A stretch of 33,993 nucleotides of DNA from a virus (Duplodnaviria; Caudoviricetes): the IMG/VR virus record IMGVR_UViG_3300030330_004441, positions 1 through 33,993 of that record. The stretch is one strand, 5' to 3'. The first letter of the stretch is position 1, and every line of letters begins with the position of its first letter. This document shows, piece by piece, positions 1 through 9,300 of this stretch. Made by a program: the position numbers and the translations under genes. The notes under the pieces are model-generated. The model did not search any database. It had not been told where the DNA came from and was given only the letters and a program-made list of their open reading frames with translations.

Positions 1-9
1 TCAGCCAGT

Positions 10-663
10 ATGGAAGAGCAGATTGAGGCAGCACGCAAAAATCTTAAAAGTAAAGGTCGCAAAAAAACTTTTTTTACTAATAATGACCAAGAGAAAAAGT
101 ATATTGAGTCTAGAAAACAAACAAACAAAGAGTTTGAAGAGTACAGAAACGAGTACAATAAATACTGCCTAAAGGAGGCTTACAAAAAAGCAACATCTGA
201 ACAAAAAAGGCACATCAAGAATAAGAAAGAGCGCCGTCAAATATTAAGTGATCCTTCTTATGACACATATATGAAAAGTGACATGTGGTATCGCAAGCGA
301 GAGCAATTCCTTGAGAGTAAAAAAGATAGATGCTGCGAGGTGTGTGGAAAAGAAAATGCTAACCAAGTCCACCACCGCACCTACCAAAGGTTAAGATTAG
401 AGAAGATGAGCGACCTCTTATTGTTGTGTCGTGAGTGCCACGAAAAGTTTCACGCTGTAATCCCTGCCAAAAAAATGTCTAAGGCAAGATCTAGTCATGG
501 ACGAAACAATTGTGCGATATGTTATAAACCCACCTCAAAAAAAGCAGATATAAAAGCACTATTTGAATACTGTGGCGAAAAAGTATTGTGCAGCAGGTGC
601 GTTGAAATATTTGACGAAGACTTGTGTAGGGCAAAGTGGTCTTCGGTTGACGCACGGAAATAA
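10..663 (+). CDS. HNH endonuclease-like protein with an additional C-terminal Cys4 zinc finger (may extend 5' of the window)
   Basis: CEVC...VHHRTY..L..E..SDLLLLCRECH matches the HNH/McrA-like pattern; second CAIC...CSRC pair; frame is open to the window edge. Confidence 0.75.
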   Translation: MEEQIEAARKNLKSKGRKKTFFTNNDQEKKYIESRKQTNKEFEEYRNEYNKYCLKEAYKKATSEQKRHIKNKKERRQILSDPSYDTYMKSDMWYRKREQFLESKKDRCCEVCGKENANQVHHRTYQRLRLEKMSDLLLLCRECHEKFHAVIPAKKMSKARSSHGRNNCAICYKPTSKKADIKALFEYCGEKVLCSRCVEIFDEDLCRAKWSSVDARK

Positions 664-741
664 TATGACTATTGCCATTGAAAGCCAGGAAGGGTATGCT
701 TTCATATCTCAGTAAAATGTGGGAACAATAAAAATTTACAT

Positions 742-749
742 ACTATTTA
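742..749 (+). promoter_or_regulatory. putative phage late promoter motif ACTATTTA
   Basis: Intergenic, 25 nt before ATG 774; the same motif recurs upstream of many structural genes. Confidence 0.6.
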
Positions 750-773
750 TTTTTGAACCCTGGAGGACAATTC

Positions 774-1310
774 ATGAAATTGACTAAAGAACTTCTTCGT
801 GAAATGATCAAAGAAGAAATTAGTAACAGTGATGTGTTGAATGAGAAAATTGGATTTTTTAGTAAAATGTTTGGCGGTGCATCAAAGGCTCGTGGCGTTG
901 ACCTTCCTTACAAGAAATTTAAATCACAAGCCGGATATGGACACTCAACTTTTGATGGAGAGGCACAAGCTGTGTTATCTCTCATGAATAAAGCGTTAAA
1001 AGGTAAAGTAGAAAAAGACCTCATTGATGTCAGCGGACTTAAGAAAGTTCTTCCCAAGATTGAACAACAAGCAAAATTTGCTGAAGAGTTTAATGCCGGC
1101 AGAGTTAAAGCGGAGTCTTGGAAAGATATTGATGTTGTTACCGGTGCTCTTGCAAAACTAGCAAAAGGTCTTGTGGAAAGACCCAAAGGTGCTATGGGCA
1201 CCCTCATGAGAATTAATAATGTGATTGAAAAGGCTCTTAAAGAAGATTCTTTAGATATGGGCGTTAAGTCCGCAGATGAAATACAAATGACTATTGACGG
1301 CTTAACCTAG
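774..1310 (+). CDS. hypothetical protein, probable internal head protein with N-terminal targeting peptide
   Basis: GGAGG at 762-766 favours ATG 774 over TTG 753; N-terminus MKLTKELLREMIKEE...VLNE resembles those of ORFs 1332 and 9936. Confidence 0.6.
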   Translation: MKLTKELLREMIKEEISNSDVLNEKIGFFSKMFGGASKARGVDLPYKKFKSQAGYGHSTFDGEAQAVLSLMNKALKGKVEKDLIDVSGLKKVLPKIEQQAKFAEEFNAGRVKAESWKDIDVVTGALAKLAKGLVERPKGAMGTLMRINNVIEKALKEDSLDMGVKSADEIQMTIDGLT

Positions 1311-1331
1311 TAGCCTAAAAGGAGAAAAAAA

Positions 1332-2210
1332 ATGTCAAAGAAGATTAGTAAATCTAAACTAAACGAAGTTATTCGCAGAGAAATCCAGAAGGCTGCTAAA
1401 AAGCAAAAGCTTACAGAAGCTGTTCGCAAGGCTGTCAGAGCGGCGCTTTTGAACGAGAAGGTGGACCCAAATGAATTCCCCCTTAAGCTCTCGGACGTTG
1501 CTGCTGATCCTGAAGATGCCAAGGCTGATGTCACCAAGGGTAAGCAAGACGGCGACGCAAAAGATGATGTCATTAATGTTAAACCAAATGCTACATTCCC
1601 AACATCACAATTAAAACCATCTCAAACAAGCATGAAGATTAGCAATGCAATGGGGATGGCACTCTCAATGATCTTGGGCAAAATGCCAACAGGTGGAAAC
1701 CTTGGTGGCTTTATTAGTAACGACAACCACATTATGGATGGACACCACCGCTGGGTTGCTACCGCCATGGTTGATCCTTCAAAAGAAGTTGGTGGGTATT
1801 TGGTAGACTTCCCAGGGGCTGATTTGATTAGGTTGCTCAATGCCATTACTGTTGGTAAATTGGGTATCATGCAGGGCAAAGAAGGATCAGGTAGTTTTGA
1901 TCAGTTCAAAGAAGGACCAGTTAGACAAGAACTAACTCGCCTAGCCAAAGAAGGAAGCGAGTTCCTTAAACCAGAAGAAGTAATGCAAGCTCTAGAGAAG
2001 TTTACAAAGCAAAAAGGCGAGTCGGCGATTGAAGCAGCCGTGAAGAAATTTTCAGATAATCTTAGTCAATTAACTTTTGAAACTCCAGCAGGTGCTCCTG
2101 ATAGAATTGATATGCCAGTGATTGACCCAAGCAAAGTTAAAGATGCAGATAAGATTGCTATGAAAGCCTTGCAAGGTGGCGAGATTGACTGGAACGAGCC
2201 TAAAGCATGA
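1332..2210 (+). CDS. ParB/Sulfiredoxin-like domain protein, probably virion-internal
   Basis: QLKPSQ...ISNDNHIMDGHHRW is a ParB-N/Srx-type signature; AGGAG RBS at 1320; N-terminal KISKSKLNEVIRRE peptide. Confidence 0.65.
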   Translation: MSKKISKSKLNEVIRREIQKAAKKQKLTEAVRKAVRAALLNEKVDPNEFPLKLSDVAADPEDAKADVTKGKQDGDAKDDVINVKPNATFPTSQLKPSQTSMKISNAMGMALSMILGKMPTGGNLGGFISNDNHIMDGHHRWVATAMVDPSKEVGGYLVDFPGADLIRLLNAITVGKLGIMQGKEGSGSFDQFKEGPVRQELTRLAKEGSEFLKPEEVMQALEKFTKQKGESAIEAAVKKFSDNLSQLTFETPAGAPDRIDMPVIDPSKVKDADKIAMKALQGGEIDWNEPKA

Positions 2211-2398
2211 CCGTAAGTCAGAGAATAGATCACTGGCTTGGAAAGTGGGCTAGTCGCAAACTTGTAGTCTGGCTTTCCTCCACTGCCCTTCTGGTCGCTG
2301 ATAAAGTAAACGGCGACCAGTGGGTAGCGATCTCTCTGGCTTATATTGGACTTCAAGGTGCGTCTGATATCGCATCCAAGTGGAAACACGGGAAATAA
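2207..2398 (+). CDS. putative holin (small two-TM protein)
   Basis: 63 aa, SRK motif followed by two hydrophobic segments and a basic C-terminus; ATGA overlap with upstream stop. Confidence 0.5.
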   Translation: MTVSQRIDHWLGKWASRKLVVWLSSTALLVADKVNGDQWVAISLAYIGLQGASDIASKWKHGK

Positions 2399-2713
2399 AT
2401 GACTTGGTTAAAACTGAAGGTAAAAGAGTGGGGTTGGAAGATCGCTCTCGTTACAGTGATGACCGCATTGGTCGGCTACTATCTTTATAGATTATTAAAG
2501 CCAGCCGCCCCTATTTCTCCACAAGTAGATAAAATAGTAACAGACTTGGAGATTGCTGTCAAGGAGTCTGAGTTAGAAACTCGCTTGGAAAAAGAAAAAA
2601 TAAACGCAATAAAAACTGTTTACACAAAAACCCTAGAAGAGTCTAAGAAGATTGAAGACAGGAAAGCTAGACTTGAGAGACTGATTCAGATTAAGAAAGA
2701 GTTGTCCTCGTGA
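2399..2713 (+). CDS. membrane-anchored coiled-coil protein (i-spanin-like)
   Basis: Single N-terminal TM (IALVTVMTALVGYYLY) followed by a charged heptad-rich helix; directly after the holin-like gene. Confidence 0.4.
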   Translation: MTWLKLKVKEWGWKIALVTVMTALVGYYLYRLLKPAAPISPQVDKIVTDLEIAVKESELETRLEKEKINAIKTVYTKTLEESKKIEDRKARLERLIQIKKELSS

Positions 2714-3093
2714 AATGGTTTGCCATAATAATACTTGCATTTTCTTTTTCATCTTACGCAGATGAGGTAACTTCCTTTGAGGATAGACCGGCTGTTGTTG
2801 AGGACGGCGGTAAAACCTATGTCGGTATTCTTGTCAGCGAAGAGTCTTATAGAGAGAGTCTAAAAAAAGTTATAGACCACGCAGCCGAAAAAGCTAATTG
2901 TGCTGTGGATAAAAAGGTCTGCACTCAACTCCAAGAGCAGTACAAACTATCCATAAAGAACCTTGAGGAAGCTGCTCGCAGAAGAGATACTTGGTTTGAG
3001 CGAAACAAGGGATCTCTAGGGTTTGTGACAGGAATGGTTACTGGAACTCTAGCCGTGATTGCTGTAGTTAAAGCAGTCCACCAGGGACAATAA
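2710..3093 (+). CDS. exported coiled-coil protein with signal peptide and C-terminal hydrophobic helix (spanin-like)
   Basis: GTG start overlapping TGA; MKWFAIIILAFSFSSYA signal peptide; two Cys; C-terminal GFVTGMVTGTLAVIAVV. Confidence 0.4.
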   Translation: MKWFAIIILAFSFSSYADEVTSFEDRPAVVEDGGKTYVGILVSEESYRESLKKVIDHAAEKANCAVDKKVCTQLQEQYKLSIKNLEEAARRRDTWFERNKGSLGFVTGMVTGTLAVIAVVKAVHQGQ

Positions 3094-3512
3094 TGAGTGA
3101 TAAAAAAGGACTCGACGAAATAGCAGCCGTTGAAAGGCTTTTTGCTGAAGAATATGGCAAACAAGCAACAAGGAACTTCCGCTCTGACTGGAATGAGATA
3201 AAAGAAAAAAATTATCTAACTCAATTGAGACAAGCATCTAAGAATAGAAAAAAAGAAGATTCTTCCAAGATTGATGTCGGAGGAATCCTGATTCCAAGCA
3301 AGGTATTAGAAAAAAAGAACAACCGCACATGCCCAGTTTGTAAAACATATTCGTTTTCCTCTAAAGATGACCTATATATGAATAGATTTAAGTGTTGTTT
3401 TGTTTGTTACATCGATTTTGTCCAAGGAAGAGAAGAGAGATGGGACAAAGGTTATGTACCTGATGAGCAAAAAATACAAGCATCGCTAAATAGGAGAAAG
3501 AAAAATGGCTAA
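3093..3512 (+). CDS. hypothetical zinc-binding protein
   Basis: CPVC and CCFVC motifs; TAATG coupling to upstream gene. Confidence 0.55.
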   Translation: MSDKKGLDEIAAVERLFAEEYGKQATRNFRSDWNEIKEKNYLTQLRQASKNRKKEDSSKIDVGGILIPSKVLEKKNNRTCPVCKTYSFSSKDDLYMNRFKCCFVCYIDFVQGREERWDKGYVPDEQKIQASLNRRKKNG

Positions 3513-4068
3513 ACTTTTAGATGTTATCCGAGGATTGGGACAAGCTGCTGCAAATTCATATGATGGCGCTCTTGATGAGGATGGAAACCCAATAGAGATT
3601 GGTTTAAAGAGAGAAGACAAAAACATGTACAAAAGAAACATGGCTGATGGATTCAAGGTTAAATTTGCAGGGCAACAAATGGTTGTAACCTATCATTGTG
3701 AGGCGCTGCTTAGAGAGGTTCACCCTATGAACCAATATGTAAATAAAATTGAAGGTGTATATGGTGATATTATCAAACACCTTAAGAAAGAGTACAGAAG
3801 AATTACGGGCTCCAGTGTAACGTTGAAACCAGTAGCCGAGGCAAAAGTTAGCTTTCAAAGCAGTTCTCGTGTTAGGTCTTGGGTTCAAGCATCAAAAGCC
3901 TACCAAATTGTAGCCGAGGCTGGAAATACAGAGGAAGTTGGAAAATCATCCGATGAGAAGTTAGAGGACAATATCAAAAAGTTCTTAGAGTTGTCAACAG
4001 AAAAAAGATCTCCAAATGACAAAGCCCCAGAGAACCCAAACCCCTCCAGCCTGACTACGGATAGTTAA
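3505..4068 (+). CDS. hypothetical protein upstream of terminase
   Basis: 187-aa ORF with AGGAG RBS, tightly packed in the operon. Confidence 0.6.
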   Translation: MAKLLDVIRGLGQAAANSYDGALDEDGNPIEIGLKREDKNMYKRNMADGFKVKFAGQQMVVTYHCEALLREVHPMNQYVNKIEGVYGDIIKHLKKEYRRITGSSVTLKPVAEAKVSFQSSSRVRSWVQASKAYQIVAEAGNTEEVGKSSDEKLEDNIKKFLELSTEKRSPNDKAPENPNPSSLTTDS

Positions 4069-4070
4069 CC

Positions 4071-5660
4071 ATGTCCCTCACAAAGAGTGAGGCAACGGTA
4101 GAAATACTTAAGTCGGGAAAAGACCCGGCTTATTTCATTAACCGCTATGCTAAAATTTCTGAACCAATGAAGGGTTTGATTCCCTTTGACCTATACCCGT
4201 TTCAGGAAGATGCGTTAAAAACATTTAATGACCATAGATTTTGTGTCATTTTGAAAGCACGACAGCTTGGTATATCAACAACCGTGGCTGGTTATATCTG
4301 CTGGTTGATGCTGTTCCATAGAGAGAAGAACGTTCTTATAGTGGCAACTAAACTACAGACCGCCACGAACTTAGTAAAAAAAGTAAAATCCATTCACAAA
4401 CATCTCCCTAGTTGGTTGAAGATTGCTGAAATCTCTATCAACAATAGAACATCGTTTGAATTAAGCAACGGATCTCAAGTCAAAGCATCATCTACTTCCG
4501 GCGACGCTGGTCGTTCAGAAGCCTTGTCTCTTTTGGTTGTTGATGAGGCAGCCTTTGTTGAGGGCATGGATGAGTTGTGGGCAGGTTTGTACCCTACTCT
4601 ATCAACAGGTGGTCGCTGTATTGCGCTGTCAACGCCGAACGGTGTAGGAAATTGGTTCCACAAAACATACGTGGAATCAGAAGAAAATAAAAATGACTTT
4701 ACCCACATGAAATTACCCTGGGACGTACACCCAGACAGAGACGACAACTGGTTTTCTAAAGAGACCAGAAATATGTCTAAAAGGGAGATAGCTCAAGAAC
4801 TAGAATGTAGTTTTAACGCCTCGGGAGACACGGTAATTTCAGGAGATGACCTGAGAAGAATGTTGGAATTGGCAAGAGAGCCGCAACACAGAACAGGGTT
4901 TGATAGGAATTACTGGATATGGGAAGAGCCCGTGCCTGGGGCTGAATATCTTTTAGCAGCAGATGTTGCCCGAGGAGACGGGTCAGACTTTAGTGTGGCA
5001 CAAATTATAAGGCTTGATACGATGGAGCAAGTAGCCGAGTATCAAGGCAAATTAACTGCTGATATGTTTGCTCCAATTTTAGTAAACATGGCAAGAGAAT
5101 ATAACGAAGCACTTCTTGTAATTGAAAATAACCACGACTATGGTGTGCTTAACAGAATAGAAGAAATAGGATATAATAATCTATACTACAGTCTCAAATC
5201 AACACATGAATATGTTGATGCAGTAGCAGCAGAGGCAAGAGGTGGGGTAGCTGGCTTTACTATGTCAAGTAGGACAAGACCATTAGTTATTGCGAAACTG
5301 GAAGAGTTCACAAGAAACAAACTACTTACAGTAAATTCAATGAGGACTATTAATGAGATAAAAACATTTATTTGGCATAATGGCAGACCGCAAGGAATGA
5401 GAGGGTATAATGATGATCTTGTTATAGCCATGGCGATCGCCTGCTGGGTCAGAGATACAGCACTGACAACCAACCAAAGAGATGTGGAACACAGAAGAGC
5501 AATGTTAAGTGGAATAAGCAAAGGCAGCAGACAAATGAACACAAAAATATCTGGGATGAGGGGATATAACCCAAACAGACAGACACAACAAGCCCAATCT
5601 ACCACGATGGTTGGTACAGATGGAAGAATTCATGACATTTCATGGATATATAAAGGATAA
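4071..5660 (+). CDS. terL: terminase large subunit (T4 gp17-like)
   Basis: LYPFQ Q-motif, KARQLGIST Walker A, LLVVDEAAF Walker B, STPNG motif III, QELECSF, nuclease domain ADVARGDGSDFS and DDLVIA. Confidence 0.95.
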   Translation: MSLTKSEATVEILKSGKDPAYFINRYAKISEPMKGLIPFDLYPFQEDALKTFNDHRFCVILKARQLGISTTVAGYICWLMLFHREKNVLIVATKLQTATNLVKKVKSIHKHLPSWLKIAEISINNRTSFELSNGSQVKASSTSGDAGRSEALSLLVVDEAAFVEGMDELWAGLYPTLSTGGRCIALSTPNGVGNWFHKTYVESEENKNDFTHMKLPWDVHPDRDDNWFSKETRNMSKREIAQELECSFNASGDTVISGDDLRRMLELAREPQHRTGFDRNYWIWEEPVPGAEYLLAADVARGDGSDFSVAQIIRLDTMEQVAEYQGKLTADMFAPILVNMAREYNEALLVIENNHDYGVLNRIEEIGYNNLYYSLKSTHEYVDAVAAEARGGVAGFTMSSRTRPLVIAKLEEFTRNKLLTVNSMRTINEIKTFIWHNGRPQGMRGYNDDLVIAMAIACWVRDTALTTNQRDVEHRRAMLSGISKGSRQMNTKISGMRGYNPNRQTQQAQSTTMVGTDGRIHDISWIYKG

Positions 5661-7595
5661 GTGATGGAAGATAATTCAAACAACCCAAGAAACTCTCAGT
5701 CATCTCTCTTTAAGAGGTTGACCCGTCTCTTTAGTGGTCCTATTGTCACACGCAGAAGAAGACAGATTCAAAGCCAGCGTGCCGAAGCGCCTGATAAGTA
5801 TACATTTAGAACCAATACAGGTAGGGAATTTAAAAAGAAGGAATATTATAACCCCTTCCAACCAATGCAGCTTAAAAACCTTGCAACAATGGACAGGGTA
5901 TCTAGATATGCTGATTTTGAAGAGATGGAATACACCCCAGAGATTGCCTCTGCTTTAGATGTTTATGCCGATGAAATCACAACCTCTTCAGATCTTAAGC
6001 CAATTGTTGGTATTGATTGTGAAAATCAAGAGATAAAGCAAATAATAAATTCCTTTTTATATAAGGTTCTCAACATTGAATCAAATTTGTTTGGTTGGGC
6101 AAGATCCATGTGCAAATATGGAGATTACTATCTTTATTTAGATATTGATGATGAAGTAGGGGTTACAAATGTTATCCCGTTGCCTGTTCGTGAGATGGAA
6201 AGAGAGGAAGGAAAAGACCCAACAAACCCAAACTACATTCAATACTACTGGAGAGGGGCTAGTAACGAAGGGGTTACTTTTGAAAACTGGCAGATTGCAC
6301 ACTTCCGTGTAATGGGAAGTGATAAATATGTTCCATATGGCACTTCAGTGCTAGAGCCCGCCCGTCGTATTTGGAGGCAGCTAACTTTAGCAGAAGACGC
6401 AATGATGGCTTATCGTGTAGTTCGTTCTCCTGAGCGTAGAGTGTTTTACATTGATGTTGGTAATATTCCACCACAAGATGTAGAGCAATACATTGAGCAA
6501 GTAAAAACTCAAATGAAGCGCAACCAGATTGTTGATGCAGATACTGGGCGTGTTGATTTGCGATATAATGCAATGAGCATCGATGAGGATTATTATATTC
6601 CTGTCCGAGCCGGACAGTCTTCTAGAATTGAAACACTTGCAGCCGGTCAGCTAACAAATGCCATTGAAGATGTTCAGTATCTTCGGGATAAGCTATTTTC
6701 AGCACTTAAAGTTCCAAAAGCATATTTGGCTCAATCTGATTCTCTGGAAGATAAGACAACTCTAGCTCAAAAAGATATTCGCTTTGCAAGAACTATCCAG
6801 AGACTACAAAGAGTCGTTCTTTCGGAACTAGAAAAGACAGTCATAGTCCACTTGTATACATTAGGTTTTAGAGACGACGACCTTTTGGGCTTTAAGTTAT
6901 CATTGAATAATCCTTCTAAAATCGCTGAATTGCAAGAACTTGAACATATGCGAACGAAGTTTGATATCGCTGGCGCAGCAACCGAAGGATATTTCTCTAA
7001 GCACTGGGTATATAGAAACATCTTCAAACTTGATGAGCAAGAAATTGAGCGAGTCAATGAAGAGCGGTATGCTGATGCTAAGATTAACGCTATCATTGAT
7101 AAGTCTGCTGAGTTAGCTGTAGCTGACTATGAAGCTGCTGGAGCACCGGCAGAAGCTGGAGCCGAAGGCGGCGATGATCTAGGCGGTGGTGACCTTGGCG
7201 GAGGCGACGATCTTGGTGGTGGAGATGACTTAGGCGGCGGCGAAGACCTCGGTGGTGAAGAAGAAGCCGGCGGTGATGAGGGACCTCTATTAGCAGAGCC
7301 CGGAAAGCGTGATGATAATGGGTATTTAACTCCTGGCGCAAAAGGCAAAGTTTATTACCCTGTTGCTATGGACATGAGAAAAGGTGGCGGACCACGACAA
7401 AGAAGCATGGCTTCGGCAGCGGGACAACAAATTGCCTCTTCTACTAGGAGGAATATATTTAAGGGGTATAATGATATGCGCCGCTTGGGAGTTGGAATCT
7501 CAGAGGCACTGGAGCAGGAAGAAAATTTGTTGTTTGAGACAAAGCAAGATATATCTAAATTAATCGAGCAATTGGAGAACAAAGATGACAAGTAA
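5661..7595 (+). CDS. gp20: portal protein (T4 gp20-like); start may be ATG 5664
   Basis: MEYTPEIASALD, YGTSVLEPARRIWRQL..AEDAMMAYRVVRSPERRVFYIDVGN, EDYYIPVR, KLFSALKVP motifs; follows terL. Confidence 0.93.
   Translation: MMEDNSNNPRNSQSSLFKRLTRLFSGPIVTRRRRQIQSQRAEAPDKYTFRTNTGREFKKKEYYNPFQPMQLKNLATMDRVSRYADFEEMEYTPEIASALDVYADEITTSSDLKPIVGIDCENQEIKQIINSFLYKVLNIESNLFGWARSMCKYGDYYLYLDIDDEVGVTNVIPLPVREMEREEGKDPTNPNYIQYYWRGASNEGVTFENWQIAHFRVMGSDKYVPYGTSVLEPARRIWRQLTLAEDAMMAYRVVRSPERRVFYIDVGNIPPQDVEQYIEQVKTQMKRNQIVDADTGRVDLRYNAMSIDEDYYIPVRAGQSSRIETLAAGQLTNAIEDVQYLRDKLFSALKVPKAYLAQSDSLEDKTTLAQKDIRFARTIQRLQRVVLSELEKTVIVHLYTLGFRDDDLLGFKLSLNNPSKIAELQELEHMRTKFDIAGAATEGYFSKHWVYRNIFKLDEQEIERVNEERYADAKINAIIDKSAELAVADYEAAGAPAEAGAEGGDDLGGGDLGGGDDLGGGDDLGGGEDLGGEEEAGGDEGPLLAEPGKRDDNGYLTPGAKGKVYYPVAMDMRKGGGPRQRSMASAAGQQIASSTRRNIFKGYNDMRRLGVGISEALEQEENLLFETKQDISKLIEQLENKDDK
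7167..7260 (+). repeat. in-frame GG(G)D(D)L low-complexity peptide repeat (about 5 units) in portal C-terminal region
   Basis: Protein GGDDLGGGDLGGGDDLGGGDDLGGGEDLGGEEE, encoded with varied synonymous codons. Confidence 0.85.
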
Positions 7596-8412
7596 GCACA
7601 ACAAAAAGAGGAATACAGGATTTGTTTATGAAGCCCTCATTCGGGAACTAACCCGTGCAGCAGTGGAAGGCAAATCCAAAAGAAAAGCAGCTATAGCTAG
7701 AACAATTAAAGAAAGGTTTTCAAGAGACACCCTTCTTGGTAAAGAATTGGATTGTTATAGAACTTTAAATGAGGTACACTCTGTGTCTTCTGAAGATGCA
7801 GAGAAACTAGTCTTTGTGGCAAAGGAAACACACAAAAATATAGACAAGAAAAAGTTGTTTCTTGAGCAGAGCAATCTCATCAATTTTATCAACAAAAACT
7901 TTGGAACATATGTGTTTTCAAATTATGTACCAAATTATAGGGACCTAGCAACCATATCTAATATGTTCAATGATTCCACCCCTATAAAGACAAAAGTTTT
8001 AATGGAACAACAAATCATTAATAGGATGTGCGAAAGAGAAGAGCAAAACGCCACCTCAGATAAAGATGTAAATGACTTAGTTATTAAAGAGTTCACCAAG
8101 TCGTTTAATAAAGAATACTCACACCTATTACCAGAGCAGAGGCAGTTTTTAACACATTACATTACTTCAGGTAATGACGATGGGGTTGAGTTTAAGGTTT
8201 TCCTAAATGAAGAACTTCACAGGATAAAAGAAGCTGTTGAGGGGTCGTTAATTATGGAAGAGGTGAAGAATGACGATGAGATGATTGAGGCGACAAAAAA
8301 TGTATTACTAGTTATAGAAGAATACAAAAACAAAAGTCTCAACGAAGATGATCTGAAAAAGTTTATGAAACTGCAAAAACTAGCCAGCGAGTACCAGTCT
8401 GATGCCAATTAA
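7585..8412 (+). CDS. hypothetical helical protein in head module
   Basis: 275-aa ORF overlapping the portal stop; N-terminal KHNKKRNTG. Confidence 0.65.
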   Translation: MTSKHNKKRNTGFVYEALIRELTRAAVEGKSKRKAAIARTIKERFSRDTLLGKELDCYRTLNEVHSVSSEDAEKLVFVAKETHKNIDKKKLFLEQSNLINFINKNFGTYVFSNYVPNYRDLATISNMFNDSTPIKTKVLMEQQIINRMCEREEQNATSDKDVNDLVIKEFTKSFNKEYSHLLPEQRQFLTHYITSGNDDGVEFKVFLNEELHRIKEAVEGSLIMEEVKNDDEMIEATKNVLLVIEEYKNKSLNEDDLKKFMKLQKLASEYQSDAN

Positions 8413-8956
8413 GATAACACTAAACAAAAAGGCCGCCGGCGGTGCTGATATAGAAGAGGTAGCAGCACCTCAAGCCACAGTAAAATTAAAAGCTCGCAAA
8501 TCATTAGATGGAAACATAATCATAAGTGATCATCAGTTAATGGATTTGGTTGTAGTACCAGCTAAAAACAAAGTTTTAATTGTGCCACGACCTGGTTTTG
8601 GGCAAGAGACCTATTACAAGCAAAAGGATTTTTATAACGCCCTTAATCGTCGTGGAGTTTTTTCCGGACCCCTAGAGGGCGGAACAGTCCATGGGGTATA
8701 CGAAGTCAAGCTTGGGATGTCAGATGAAGTAAGTCCTGTTCAAGTTGCCCTTTTGGAAATAGAGCGGTACTTTAAACAAGAAGCCGTTGAGGAAGGTTTT
8801 GGTTCTGAGTTTGATGAGGAAATAGAAGACAGGTTTATTAATCCTGATGATGAAAACTCAACAGAAGCAGGAGAGATAGAGCCAGAAGAAGAAACAAGAG
8901 AAAGACAAAATACTCCACCTCCAGTACAACATTATGGCGGCTACTGGTATAACTAA
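8402..8956 (+). CDS. hypothetical protein with acidic C-terminus
   Basis: 184-aa ORF coupled to both neighbours. Confidence 0.6.
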   Translation: MPIKITLNKKAAGGADIEEVAAPQATVKLKARKSLDGNIIISDHQLMDLVVVPAKNKVLIVPRPGFGQETYYKQKDFYNALNRRGVFSGPLEGGTVHGVYEVKLGMSDEVSPVQVALLEIERYFKQEAVEEGFGSEFDEEIEDRFINPDDENSTEAGEIEPEEETRERQNTPPPVQHYGGYWYN

Positions 8957-9300
8957 TGTCTTTTTTGTATTTTGTTCTTGCCTGCTATGGCATAACCTCT
9001 ATTTTGGTATACGGGAAGATCTTTGAGACCGTAAGACCATCACATCATTTCTTTAGGTGCCCCATGTGTGTGGGTTTTTGGGTTGGTGTTTTTCTAATGT
9101 TACTAAACCCATATACAGAACTATTTACTTACACAATTTCTGTGACTAATGCCCTACTGTTGGGTGGTATTAGTTCTGGAGTAAGTTATGTTTTGTCAAT
9201 GCTATTTGGAGACGAGGGAATAAGACATGAACACCGAATTAATGGGAGCCTGGACACAAAAATGGATGCTAAGACCAGTAGCAAATTGTTGCAGGGGTAG
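8956..9300 (+). CDS. small multi-TM membrane protein with CxxC (DUF1360-like)
   Basis: Three hydrophobic segments, FFRCPMCVGFWVG motif; TAATG coupling. Confidence 0.55.
   Translation: MSFLYFVLACYGITSILVYGKIFETVRPSHHFFRCPMCVGFWVGVFLMLLNPYTELFTYTISVTNALLLGGISSGVSYVLSMLFGDEGIRHEHRINGSLDTKMDAKTSSKLLQG

Noticed and set aside
672-703. TTGCCA-17-TATGCT sigma70-like promoter with GAAAGC/GCTTTC inverted repeat
   Set aside because: Weak matches in AT-rich DNA; cannot be distinguished from chance
753-773. TTG 753 start, and likewise the 10276 start for bS21
   Set aside because: RBS positions support ATG 774 and TTG 10309
7167-7260. Possible CRISPR-like or DNA-level tandem array
   Set aside because: Units are 15-18 nt, degenerate at third codon positions, have no spacers and lie in frame within the portal
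7093-7348. Minus-strand His/Arg-rich and Pro/Ser-rich ORFs
   Set aside because: Reverse readings of the portal GGDDL repeat
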